This document shows, piece by piece, positions 11,230-23,382 of a stretch of 64,000 nt of DNA. The first letter of the stretch is position 1; every line of letters begins with the position of its first letter. This DNA comes from Raillietiella orientalis. Lineage: Eukaryota. The position numbers were made by a program, and so were the translations under genes. The notes under the pieces are model-generated. The model saw nothing but the letters and a program-made list of their open reading frames with translations. It ran no database searches and was not told the origin of the DNA. Where the stretch lies: the NCBI GenBank assembly GCA_036172245.1, contig JAYWIR010000018.1:496001-560000 (forward strand), in the 5' to 3' direction.

Positions 11230-12450
11230 AACGGAGAGGAAAATACTGGCAATCGGAACGTACGAGACACGCGCGCTCGCACAAATATGATCCCACACTG
11301 TAGCGTACTGAAATGAAAGTGAATCTTTGATCTCGGATCCCATGAAGACATCAGCAATCACAGGAGATGTGACTCGCTGGACGGAGAGGATTTGTCTGGA
11401 GCACCTAGTCCTTCCTGCTTATCACGAGCTGCTTCCTTAAAACGTTCTTCCGTGAGACTCAATTCAGATATTAGATCAGTGATGGCATTCATTGATGCAT
11501 GAACTTTCGACCCGTGTTTATGGCCGGGATTTTCACGAAGGCAAACGAGAAAAATGTGGAAGGCGCCGAGAGGATCCGGGGATTGCTCGAAACGGTGAAG
11601 ATGTAGAAAATGCGCTTCACATTGTATGAGAGTACCTCCATTTTTAACACTGCTGAAGATGGCAGAAACGAGGGAAGCGGACAGAGTGACAGCGTTTAAG
11701 GTTCTTTGTACCTGCAACAGAAAAAATAAAAAAAAATTGGGGCGCGAAGGGTTTGTGCACCAATAGTACTGAGGCACCTGAATGATGAGGACGACAAGGA
11801 AACAAAGCCCGATGAGCCGTCTCCAGAAAACCACGGAATTTTAAACAGTGTCATCATTCGTGCTTCGTACGAAACGCTAGTGTCCGAAAAGGGCTTTGAA
11901 ACCAAGATGCATAATCTTCAAACAAAAACTATCTCCGGGGTTACAAAGGGTCGAATATCGAAATCCAGGATGAGATCCGTGGGGATCCGTTATTCCTACG
12001 AGAAAAAGAAAAAAAAATGCCCACAGGGAGTCGGTTCCTCGAAGTGCAGTTGAGGGGTAGAGTTTTTTGACATCAGTTTTTGGAACGTTTAAGATTGCAG
12101 TTGGACCAGTGAGGCTGCTGAGGTTTCCTGACAAGTGATTATGCACCATACATCGGGCAACGCTCTGGCGCACGCGGCATTTTCGATACCCGATTTCCTG
12201 GCATAGACTGAATTATCGTCGGTCCTACAGTCACTCACTTACGTATTCCCGAACTAAAATGACTCACCTGAAAGAATCCCATGTTTGAAGAGCACAGCGC
12301 GCGCGCTCCATTAGCTCAAACCTTCCAATAGTCTTACTGAAAACTGTCTTAGAATCTGCTAGAAGCGAAGCCTTGACCGCACGCAATTTAGAAGGAAGGA
12401 TACGAAGATGGAGGAGATTAGTTTTAAGATATGCTTGTGCCAATAAAAAA
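11230..12450 (+). mobile_element. Decayed RTE-like LINE remnant
   Basis: Motif echoes in the expected order, broken by stops and frameshifts: KILAIGTYETRAL (endonuclease N-terminus, cf. IGTWNVRTL), RKMWKAPRG (cf. KWTWxSPxG), WGSVIPTRKRKK (RT start), LRYACAN (cf. LRFADD). Confidence 0.45.
11406..11492 (-). pseudogene. POLR2J: Isolated C-terminal fragment of RNA polymerase II subunit RPB11
   Basis: [29 protein letters not shown] closely matches the recalled RPB11 C-terminus [28 protein letters not shown]. The flanks are unrelated, there is no good acceptor immediately upstream, and no other RPB11 exons were seen. Confidence 0.85.
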
Positions 12451-14649
12451 TGCCATCCTTGTTTTATTGTCATTCCTTGTGCATAAGCATTCTCTTTACG
12501 GCAAACCATAGTTAGCTTGCATATATGTATGATTAATGGATGTGACATACGAAATTCAGTGGCATGATACTTTGATCGCCACATGTGCTCCCTGAACAAT
12601 TTCGAATGAGTTGGCAAGAACTGCTAAATCGCTGGGGGTAACACAATGCTCTTGCTCCAACTTACGTTCATTCCTTGGTAAATCCACTTTGACACAGCAC
12701 TTCATTTCAACCCGGATATGCCGGGGCATTTATTTATATAAAATAAAAGTATAATAGCATTTCGTCACTGCAACTTGCTGGTTGCCAGTGCAGAGACTTG
12801 CGAGGTCCATCCAACATGCTGGGGTAGGGATAAACCAAACAAAAAGAAACAAAAAAAGTGTAACGTGGGGAGGGGAGAAATATCTAGAAGCTGGGAGGGC
12901 GGGAAAGGGAGCATTTCACTTGAAGCACCAGTGGATAGAAAACGCACTGTAGCAGTGAAAGTATACACGCAACTTCTAAACGACACTCTTTGACGCATAT
13001 TCCAAAATCGCAATAAAAAACAAACAAACTGGTAATCCTGAAAAGAAAACAATTCGACCAATAAGCAGCCATTGTTGATCCCTTGCGACTCTGGCATTTG
13101 CTCGTGCATTTGAAATGGGAACCATATTTCATAACAGGGTAATTCGTGCGTTTCTTTCACCATGAGCTTGAAAACGCACACTGTACTACTATGGTGATTG
13201 CTCTCAGTGTTCAAAATTCAGGAATGAATCGGGAACCGGTACGTTCCTTCTGAATTTCGTGCAATTTCGAATGAGTGCTCCTCGTGTGAAAGATCTCCGC
13301 TGCCAATGTTGTCGGGATATGAGCAAGTGAAACTGAATTGTGGTGAATGTTAAAGAAATTTATGATGAAGGGGGAAGCAGGATGACTTTATGGAGACATG
13401 AACCTCAGACAATTCAAGGAGGATGACCAACGCAAGGGAGGGAGATCCGAATTCTTTTCCGAGGGACAGAAAGTTTCGAAAAGCGAGGTCCGCCTCGCGG
13501 CCGGCTGCATGCTCTCAGGAAGTTAGTTGGAAGCAGTTAGAGACGAACGACAGGCTGGAAGCGGAGATTTTTGGAAAGCAAACGGGAAGGCTCGCCCTCG
13601 CTGTCCTGTCGTTTGGCATGGTTGTTCGGCCGAACTTCCGCGAAGAGAGGGAAAGGTGGTGGATTGGGCTCCCGCGTCTACCAGGATGTACGTGCGAGTT
13701 TCGCCTCCCGTCGCGTCACGTGCGTCCAAGGAGATAGCTGCTTCGGCAGCATCTCCCTTGACACCTACCTGTCGGGGTTTTGAAACCTCTCTGTTCGCTT
13801 CTTGAAATTATCATGAGGAGAGGGAAAAGATGTCTCCTGAGCAGGGAGAGAGCTGTTGAAAGGGAAGCACCCTGGCACATGCGAGCGAAAGTCAAGCGAA
13901 ATCAGACACAGAGGTGATTTCGCAGACAGCGGTCTACCACCACCGCCCTACAGGAGTCTCGTCTGGGTCCCGCATTCGGCAGGATTTTGGCAGTGGCTGG
14001 TCACAGGCCTCCACCTAGCATTCCCAATGCATCTGCTTGTTGAAATCGGCGAGGAATACTCCTCATCATCACCGGCGAAGGGCGAACGCAGACCACGCGG
14101 GAACGTATGCCATTAGGAGGAAGAAGCCGGAATAGGAAAAAAGAGGAGACTCTGCCATCATCCGCGTCGTTCCGGGTCGGTCGTCGAGTGACTCGCTGGC
14201 TGGGTCCGTGACAACCCCCCGCAATTCTCGAGGTCACAGAGGTGAGTAGAACAGTAAGAGCCCAGGATGACCACAAGAAACGCATCCCCCCGCTCCCTTA
14301 AGGAAGACCGACTCTCACGGAAGAAACCCAAAAGACTCTCCACCGGAGAGGCCGTTTTCGGTTCAATCGAGGAGACTGCTGGGTGCCCTCTCCGACCCAT
14401 TTTCGAGAGGGAGCACCATCCTCAGGGATGTTCCTCGTGTCTTTTGGAAGTTTTTATCGCACTTTCGGTTTTCGGAGTGGTGCGCCACTACCTGAATTCT
14501 TGAAGAACCCTCACGTTGCCATGCACCAAAAGCACCAGGAGAGTCGGTCACTTCCTACGCAAACAGGATCTCAGTCACAAAATCCGCCTGTTTTCGCGTC
14601 CGTTTCCAGGGCAACCGCCCAAAGTTCGGCTCGTGCGAGAATGCGCTCC

Positions 14650-16800
14650 TTCTCTTCGAATCATCTGCTTCTTCCGGGGAGGCATTGACTTTTCAGTCCG
14701 AGCATCCGCGTGCCTTCCTTCCTATCTGCCTGTTCCCTCCCCCTACTCTGGCATCTGCTCTTCCTCCATCCCCCGTTGCCTGGAATCTCCAGAAATTCCA
14801 CGCGTCGCATTTCGGGATATTCCGATTGCGACTGAAACCCGAAGTTTTTTCCTGAGCTCCCCACCCTCCTCTTTGCATCCATAGAAACGGGAAAGAAGAG
14901 TACACGACAACGGAAGGAGGGAACCAGAACAACTAGATAGGAAGGAAGGACTGGCCTGAAACTCGGGAGGTTGACCGTTTTTATTAGTTCGAAAAGGAGG
15001 AGCCGTGGGTTGTCAGTCTTGCCAAGCAGCTCTGTTCTTCCTGGAGACAACGCCCTGAAGCAGCCGCTCAGGAAAGAGTGTGGAAGAATGCTGGCGAGAG
15101 TGCTCGCAGCAAAACAGCAGCCCAGTAGAGGAGCACCTGCGCCATAGCTATCAGCCAGGAAGCCGAAAGCACAGTGGTAGCTGCGCCTGCATCTCCTCAC
15201 GCAGGTCTCCACGGAGACATGCCTTCGTCCGCCCCCTAGAGAGAAGAAAGAAGTTTAGAGAGAAGCAACGACTACTCGGATGTGCGCACGCCGGAGGCTT
15301 ACAACGCGAATTTGGCACCAGGAAGAGGATGAAGCGGTAGACAGCAGGAGGCCTCGGAACTCTCGTCTCCGGTGACCCTCACTACGGGGAGACGGGTGCC
15401 CGTGAGCCGGAAGCCGCGAGAAGCGGGGAATAAGAGACCAGTGGAGTCCCCAGTGAGGGCGGTGGGACAAGCGAGCCGCTATTAGCAAGCGTTGCGAGAC
15501 CAAGAGGGACCGTCCGCCACGGATAGGCAGCGCCCGCTCCTCCCTATGGCCAAACCCTCCCTTTTACGGGGTGGGACGAACATGTCAGCCAGTCTCTGGG
15601 GCCACGGCGGATTTCCTCCGAAATGAGGTGGCTGGGAAGAGCCCAAACCCACAGCCGGCGGAAGCAACAGCGAAGATGCCTGGATGGATGGTCGGTTCCG
15701 ATCTCACATTGGAAACAGCAGTGATCCAGAGTTTTCTGAAAGGCACGGTTCCGGTGCTGCAGAGTACCCACCAAAGAAGGCAACCCGTGAATGCTCCCAC
15801 CAGAAGGAGCGCTTCACCGGAAGTCGGAGTTTCCTTGAGAGCGAATTCGCCCCATAGTGTCCTCCGCCACGAGACTCGGAGACGCGGCCTTTGCTTCCTC
15901 TCCGATTCCTTCGAGTCCTACTGCTGTTGTCGCTGCTCTAGCACTGAAAAAGATTCAAAAACCGAGAGGCTAGTGTGTGCTGGTCGATGACTCGGAGTTC
16001 GTTCGAGAAGCGAATACTTGGGCTCTTCTCTAGGTGTACCAATCCTTCCTTCCTCCCTGTAGGGGCCTCAGGAGAGCAATGGTATCTTGTGAGGATAAGA
16101 AGGAACATGTTGGCGGAGAGGAGACGATGGAGCCTAAAGGAGAGAGGATTGGGAGCTGCCGCTAAAAGGAATCGACCCCGCGGGTTAATGCATGCTCCTG
16201 ATTCGCACTGTTCTGCCGGATGCTACGGTCGCAGAGTGCATTGGACGTGTGGCACTGTTTCGTTTTCCAAGGGGATAATGTCGAAGAGGATCCCATACGA
16301 AGATGTCAGGCAAAACGGCTTTCTAGCATCTTTCTCACTCGATAGCAATTGAAGCATCCGGCGACATCCCAGAACTCATCTGGATATCAACCTTCGATGA
16401 CTGCAACCGCAGCTTCTTCAGCAATAAAATATCCGGGCGTCATCTCCAGCATGATTCAGGAGATCGAATGGAGAGCTGCAGTGCACGTGCGCCTCTGGAT
16501 GATCATTTCATCGTGCTTCTTCAGACTTGAAGGAACACGTGGAAAATAATTCGCCGGGTGTTTCGATGAATAGACTTCGGTGTACCAAAGAGTCACTTCT
16601 GAAAGAGGGACGACCAAATAGCACCTGGATAGGTTTTTCGAGGAAGTCGCTTCTCTTCTGCAGCCTCCTGATCCATATTCGCGAGTGGATCTTCCTAAAC
16701 GGTCGCCCAAAGTTCGACTTGGTTGTTGTAGCAGCGGACGAACGGCTGGATCCACTGCCATGCCGGGGAAACGCCTACCTCCAGCGGACAGGCTCGTCCG
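14650..16800 (+). mobile_element. Decayed LINE (I/Jockey-like) endonuclease-RT remnant
   Basis: IDFSVRAS (endonuclease-like), GPQES (cf. GVPQGS), IKYPGVIS at about 16424-16447 (cf. KYLGV), GFSRKSLLF...ERLDPL (thumb-region-like); many stops. Confidence 0.4.
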
Positions 16801-18476
16801 AATGCCAGAACGTTACCAAAAAACCGCCTAGACTCCCTCGAATACTACCCACTTTTCCAGAGAATCTATCCGCGTTCCCTAGATCTCTTGGTGGAACTTT
16901 TCTTCGGACCCCGGCTTTTCGCATGTTGGTGAGGCGCGATGGGAGAGCAGGAGTCGATGTAGACAAGAACCGGAGCCACCATCGGTTCATCGGTTAACCG
17001 CCACGCCGGTGTCCGTCGCCACTGGGAGCAGGATTCAGACCCTGCGCTGGGAGGGTCCCGCTTGTATGACCGCAAATGGAATGTGTCTCCCGGAAAAACC
17101 ACTGGCTTGTTGCATCGATAAATACAGCTTGCGCCGAAAATTACAAAATGGCGCAGAACGCCGAACGACCCTCGACCCGTCTGCAAATATCAACCCGCGA
17201 GAGACTGGCGATGAATGGGCAAAGCGTTAATCGACACAAAGAATCAAGAAAGAGGCATCACGAGATAAGACGTGAAATATAGGGAGGAGGAGTTACAGCG
17301 ACGCCCTATTCTTTTCCGTCCTCCTGCGCCGTTCCCTTGCTTGTCTTGCGAGTGCCCGTCCTATGGGACTCCCGGAGCGTCGCTTCACACGCACGCACGG
17401 CAGTCCTTCGCCTTCGCTCCTTTCGCTCGAGGACTCCTGGATCGCGAAAGTCGACTGTTCCCGGCTTCCTTCCTAGCAGACGGGTCGGTAAGGAATGCGA
17501 TGTCATCTGCAAAGCGGGACAGGCTCCGTAGCATCAGGCATCGCGAAACTTCTTTGGATTCGCTTCAGGAGTGGCTTCCATGTGTGGGTGGATAAGGGGA
17601 GAGAGCTACGTGTAAAAATCGACTTCCTAGCATCAATGGATAAAAGATTCTCTTGTTCTGGTGCTTATCTTTCGGTGGAATTTGCTTTCAACGCTTGGCC
17701 TTTCTCCGACATCCGATCTCCCACTTTTTCGAGCCGTCGCGATTTCAGATGCGTTCTGGAACAGAGAGAGCACTGTACGTCTTCCCGCCTGCCCGGAAAA
17801 GTGGAAGAGGGGGAAGAGGGTGGGAAGCGGAAAACATCGCCGAAGCGGTTCCGGAGGTTTCTTGAGGCTGCTTCCTGTGTGGGACGTGCTCCTGCATTCT
17901 TGACTGCTTTGACTCATGCCTGATTTCCGCACTATCCCGGAATCTCATCCCAGACGCTGACAGAGGTGGAATTCGGAAATAGGTGGAAATCCAGCCGACG
18001 AAAGGAACAGGCTTTCTGCTGGAGTAGGGGGAGCAAAGAAATACCAAGGATTAAGCAGGGTTATTTCAACCGTCGGGGGACGCAAGGGTGCGGTCAGAGA
18101 AGGCACGAAGCGCACCGCCCCTTTTCCACAAAGCAGATGAAGTCCGCGAAAGAGCAGCGCAAGCATAAGGCCACGTTCCCTGTTTTTTACGCATGAATTG
18201 CGAACGGAAGATCAGATGGGCGGGAGGCAGGACCCGGAATCCCTCGCGTGTGCTACAACGCGAGACTGTGCCCGTGCGCAAAACCACGTGCATCACCTTG
18301 GTATGCCTAGACAGGGCCCACAGTTCGAGTCCAACGCGAGAACAGGAAACAGAACCCACAGCAGCAAAGCATAACGTTTATTCAACTGTAAACGAATAAA
18401 AAGAAAACAAACTATTGAGAGATTGAGATCTGGATCACAGTAGTGCAGGGAGGAGAGAAAGGCGCGCGACCACGAC

Positions 18477-18878
18477 TTAAAGGAATCTGCTGTCACTTTC
18501 CAGCGTCACTAACTCGGGAATCACTACCCAGTACACGTAATTCATCACCTCACTTGAGTCACGGACGTTCAGAAAGGAAGGGCCGATCTCGGTGACGAAC
18601 GAAGACAACTCCTTCACGAAATCGTGCAACTGGGTGGAATAATTTTGGAAGGGGGTGGAGCACCGGGCTATGCCGAAACTGAGTCTGAGCGAATTGCCTT
18701 TATTCTGCGTCCAGTTCAGATGGCAAGTCGAGCCCTGCTTCTCCTTTAGAATGTTCTTCAGGTGGAAACGGCACTTCTGCGAGCTCCGGAACAGACACTT
18801 CATCTTCTGGATGAGCTCGGCTTCCGAATCTGCAATTTCCTTGCAGCTCTGCTCATCCAGTTTTGCCTCCGTGGAAAC
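18477..18878 (-). CDS. PWWP3/MUM1-like protein, C-terminal helical-domain exon
   Basis: Acceptor tttctgcattcaag, phase 0; CRFHLKNILKEKQGST...QLHDFVKEL...MNYVYWVVIPE resembles the MUM1 C-terminal region (HLRAILK...QLDLVVKYL...FILDVLLPE). It either ends at stop 18477 or splices at GA|GTTAGT near 18514. Confidence 0.6.
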   Translation of the reverse strand, partial: VSTEAKLDEQSCKEIADSEAELIQKMKCLFRSSQKCRFHLKNILKEKQGSTCHLNWTQNKGNSLRLSFGIARCSTPFQNYSTQLHDFVKELSSFVTEIGPSFLNVRDSSEVMNYVYWVVIPELVTLESDSRFL

Positions 18879-19101
18879 CTTGAATGCAGAAACCACGTGA
18901 ACGCGTCTCTGGACTCGCATCACCACCACCACCACCGCAAGCACGCACGCACATGGGCACTCATTCGTCTGTCGTGTACGGCAGCCACAGGACTCGGATG
19001 ATGGCGACCACTCGATCACGAGCGCGATGCTTCTTCCGATGCTTACAAGAAACACAAAAGAGCCACACATACCATCCTCTCAAATACCAAAATGTCCAAA
19101 C

Positions 19102-19163
19102 CTGCTTAACTTTGGATTTTCCTGTCTTCTCTGCAAACAAGGTGTTCGGGAATTCTTCGGGAT
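19102..19163 (-). CDS. PWWP3/MUM1-like protein, small internal exon (DPEEFPNTLFAEKTGKSKVKQ)
   Basis: ttttag acceptor and CAG|GTTTGG donor; phases 1 to 0 match the flanking exons. Confidence 0.55.
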
Positions 19164-22100
19164 CTAAAATTCATGTATTCCGAAATCTGATTTCTGCACA
19201 CCGTGACACATTTTCATTTCATTAACTATGGTGAAGGATCAAAGAACAACACAAAATCACAAGGTCTTCCGAATAAACAGAACTCTGAAGTCACGAATGC
19301 AGGGGGTCAGGAAAAGCGCGCAGGAGACCATTAAAACGAGGAAGTTAGTCGCGCGTCCGAACCCAGAGCAACCAAATTCAGGCCGTTCTCCCCCCCCCCC
19401 CTTTTTTTCGGAGGATAACTCCAAGCAGACGACCCCAACGGACCTATCACTCGTGGAACGGACCCACCTACCCCGCAAACAGGAAAAGGCAGAACGACAC
19501 TGTCCCTCTAAATCGAACTGCAGGGAGCTAAACGGAAAAATCGAAAATGAGCCGACCCCTTGAAATGTAAGGTCACTACCCGGAACACGTTGCCCCAACG
19601 CGGATCTTTTTCCTAACGTATATAACTGATATCATTTGACAATTTTTTCCATTTCGGCTGAACAATGGCCCACGTTTTTCCTGGAGCTGCCATGTTCAGG
19701 TGAATGGGGGGTGCGTGCACTACATCGCCTATACACCGGCACCTAGCTAAATCATCATACAGTTGGAATATCATCTAGAAAACACATTTAGAAATCCCGA
19801 GGAGCGTTCCTACAGACACCATGAAAAGCTTGACCAGAACACACAGCTTCCTGTTTTACGTCGAACGCTACACTTGCCATTCAGCCAGGGTGTGTGAAGC
19901 CTCCTCGTACGCATCTCCGTCACCAATTTGCCTTCATGCACTGATAAGGAAACATTCTACTCACATTCTCCGTTTTTCTCACTTGTTTAGCATTTCAATT
20001 CAGTTGGTAGTACACAAGTAGCACACGGGACGAACCCCGTTCTCTGGATATCAGATGGCTACAGTCTTCAGATTTCGAGTTAAAATGAACGACTCAAACT
20101 TTTCTTCTTTTCTAACATTGCCTCCCGGGTTCTTTGAATAGAATGTTTCTAAAAGATATGAAATGAGAAAAAAGCATTTGGCATCCGTACCCACGATGAA
20201 CCCTCGAATAAGCACATCTCTAAAAATTCAGAGAACATGGGAAACATGAAGCCCAGGAAAGCTTTCTAAAACTGGCAATGACTTCCTACAACTGGTATGC
20301 TGAAATCATTCAATTGCCTATTGAGCTATACAACATGCAGCAGTTGAGTGCTCCACCTACTAAATTTTTAATATATTTCTGATTCTTTTAGTATACATCT
20401 GAAAAAGAAGAAAAGCTCTCCAGCTTCAGAAAACTATTACAAAGATAGGTGCTTAAACTTGTGGAAACTGCAGTTTCTCCTTCCTTTCCTTCTGGAATCC
20501 CTTTAAACATAAAAGCATCTAAACCTACAGATTCTCCCTCAAACACTTTTTTGCACTAAACTCTGTCAGGTGAAATGGCTCTAATCAAAGCTTTTAGAGC
20601 TAATCAATACATGAACAAAACAAGTTTTTGTTCTTCATTATCAAAGCAGGCCTTGCTACCCTATCCAAAGTCTGATGTATGTATGGGATTGGTCTGGAGG
20701 AAAACTATACAATCCAGTTACATTTGTTATACCGCATTTATTATTGCTATTATTATTATAACCCACTTCCCATTTTCACTGGCTCCATGAGAGAGATCTG
20801 AGCTGATCTCAGATGATGGTCCTCTATGTATGTGCATGCACTCCATCAATGCTTTTTATTCAGCACATAATGGACTTTCATTCTTTACAATGATTAAGCT
20901 GAAGATATAAAACATTTACATGTAATGAAACATACGCAATCCTATTCATTGAAATTTATGTATGTTGTATTGATTCTGGAGGTATCCTTTAAATGATAAG
21001 TCCACTGTCTTGCAAACACATTACTTGGGTGTGCAATAGCAAACCACTTCTGATACAACACACACCTGTTGTTCCTGATGCAACCAAAGTACCAAAAATG
21101 TTCAGATCACTTCATCAGCATATCCAAATACATACTATGCATTCTAAATGAAGCAATTTATAATGATGACATTTAAAGCAAAGTACTTCTATCATATGAA
21201 ATCCAGATTTTTTCTTACACTAATGCTGGATTAGTTACAGTGTAAATGATTTCACTGGATAACACTCATTCTTCTCAAGTACCATTCAAAATGCAGTAGC
21301 TAAATTGCTCATGTATGTTTTGTCAGCATTTAAAGTGGATTTCAGCCACGTAGTAACTATCAAAGATTTAAACTGGAAAAGAGAGAGAAGACAATTCGGA
21401 AAATACTGAATTTTTAATTCTACACGGCAATTCCAAATATTCTGTATGATTTGCAAATTGCTTACAATCAAAACATAATAAGGATAGGCAAAATAAGAGC
21501 TTGCCAAAGCATAATAGCAAGAAGTGTAACAAATTCACAAAAACCTGAACAGCATTTTGCAAATAAGCACATTTCCATCATGGATGGCCAACAAGAAACT
21601 AAACTTTATATTATCATGAGTAAGGCCAGTACTCAACTTGAAAAACACCAACTGCACTTCAAAAACTAAAGTCTGATACACGGATTGATACCCTATCAGA
21701 TTGCTTTACATTTTATACTTTTCAATAATTTCACTTCAACACCAAAATGCAAATGTTAGATAAACTCTAATAAATCCATAATAACTATAAAGGCATACAG
21801 TTGCACAATCTTCTCTCTATTTTCATAACATAACTTAATTTGAAAATGACTTGTGAAGTATTCTGAATGCCAAGTTTACTGCAAAGTAAAGCATAATTTA
21901 CAATCATTGTGATTCCAGGTAAATTTAATTCTTTAATAAATGAGGAATGATACGATTTCAGCAAAACTAATATAATCAAAATGAACAAATAAAATGATTC
22001 AAAATGGCAATGGTACATGAAAACATGGAATTCATTTCGACTTAGAATAAACATTTATGTAAACAAATCGATTTGAAGATTACAGATATACTATGTAATG

Positions 22101-22269
22101 TCATTTACAAAAAAATAAACTCTAATAACATGATTCAAATGCAGAAGATGAACAGCCCCCAAAAATTAATCACATTGAGTAAACATGGATTCAAGGAAAT
22201 ACTTTACTCAAAACTAATTTATTTATGAATTAAAGAAGTCTTCTTAAAAAAGTACTGTATTTACTGTAC

Positions 22270-22393
22270 CATCACTAATCCACTTTTCGGCAATGCTGGA
22301 GAGCAGCAATTTTTGACTTTTGGAATATTCAAAATACTTCAGCAATCTTTCATGATAAGCTGTTAAACTGGGCATTATTTGCATCCCCAATCC
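22270..22393 (-). CDS. PWWP3/MUM1-like protein, internal exon (GLGMQIMPSL...EKWISD)
   Basis: ttttcag acceptor and G|GTACAG donor; 124 nt, phase 0 to 1. Confidence 0.55.
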
Positions 22394-22444
22394 CTGAAAA
22401 CATGATATTATTTGTGTAATTATTAATACGATAAAGGATCTTAC

Positions 22445-22692
22445 TAAAATTTTAATAATTTCAGAGCTCGTGCAATTTTTGTAGCACAAAAGATTTTCAA
22501 AACTTGCTTTTTTTCTTTTACTTTTATTGATTTTTCCTAGGTAGTAGATACATGCAAGTTCTTTATGGTAGTCGGTGGATATAACAACCCCTAATGTAAC
22601 ACAATCTGCTACAAATACCCAAACAGCATCTTCAGGATTTATCACAGCTGATTTGTGTTGCTCTTGCAATTTCAAATTTCGCAAAACTTGAT
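22445..22692 (-). CDS. PWWP3/MUM1-like protein, degenerate PWWP/Tudor-like domain exon
   Basis: INPEDAVWVFVADCVTLGVVISTDYHKELACIYYLGK...ASFENLLCY shows the PWWP beta-barrel pattern (VW...VV...xYx); ttttatag acceptor, GTAAGA donor. Confidence 0.55.
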
Positions 22693-23165
22693 CTATAAAA
22701 TCAAACTGAGAATTATGCAAGACGGATAATGGAATAATTTTCGGTTACAAACATGAACTTTATCAAGGTATACGGGTATTGCATTTCAATTCGTGGCACT
22801 CTTAATTGCATTTCGACATTGCTCATTACCGTTGATCAGATTTCGCAAAAAAACACAGTAATTAACAAATTTTTTTCAAAACAATTAAATGCTTTCAGGT
22901 TATCAAGATTCTCTAGTCACATTCACAAAACCTGCATAAACGAAAAATTTAATAAAACCCTTATTCGACTTTCATTCTATTATTTCATATTCAACTCATC
23001 ATCGCTCTATCCCTTCATCCCCACAAGTTAGTTTTAGTGGATGCAGAATAAAATGAGCTGTTATTCTAGATAACTGTAGGTACTCAATACTGATAACGTA
23101 AAATTCCATTAACAAACAGAAATGCCTAGAAAACACTGGATACAAGTCACATGAAACATGCTTAC

Positions 23166-23210
23166 ATAGCTCCTTTCGTACGCTTCTCTTATTCGGTTTT
23201 TGATGAGTAT
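23166..23210 (-). CDS. PWWP3/MUM1-like protein, 45-nt exon (THQKPNKRSVRKEL)
   Basis: Strong acceptor ttttatttccccag and donor GTAAGC; phase 1 to 1 fits both neighbours. Confidence 0.5.
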
Positions 23211-23273
23211 CTGGGGAAATAAAATATGAAACTGAGGATTGATGCTTTCCAAACGCTTAAAATTGAAGCATAC

Positions 23274-23382
23274 CTAAAACACTACAGGGTAGAGACCGCG
23301 ATGGTACTCTGCTATTCTTCGAAAATTTCATACTAACACTGTCGGACAACTCATCGATGCTGGAGTCATACAACATACACAT
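23274..23382 (-). CDS. PWWP3/MUM1-like protein, probable 5' coding exon (MCMLYDSSIDELSDSVSMKF...CSVL); true start uncertain
   Basis: Open frame ending at donor G|GTATGC (phase 1), matching the next exon. Confidence 0.35.

Noticed and set aside
18320..18335. GTTCGAGTCC B-box-like motif (also CCCGGTTCGATCC on minus near 8215-8227)
   Set aside because: No cloverleaf or properly spaced A box; not called as tRNA or SINE.
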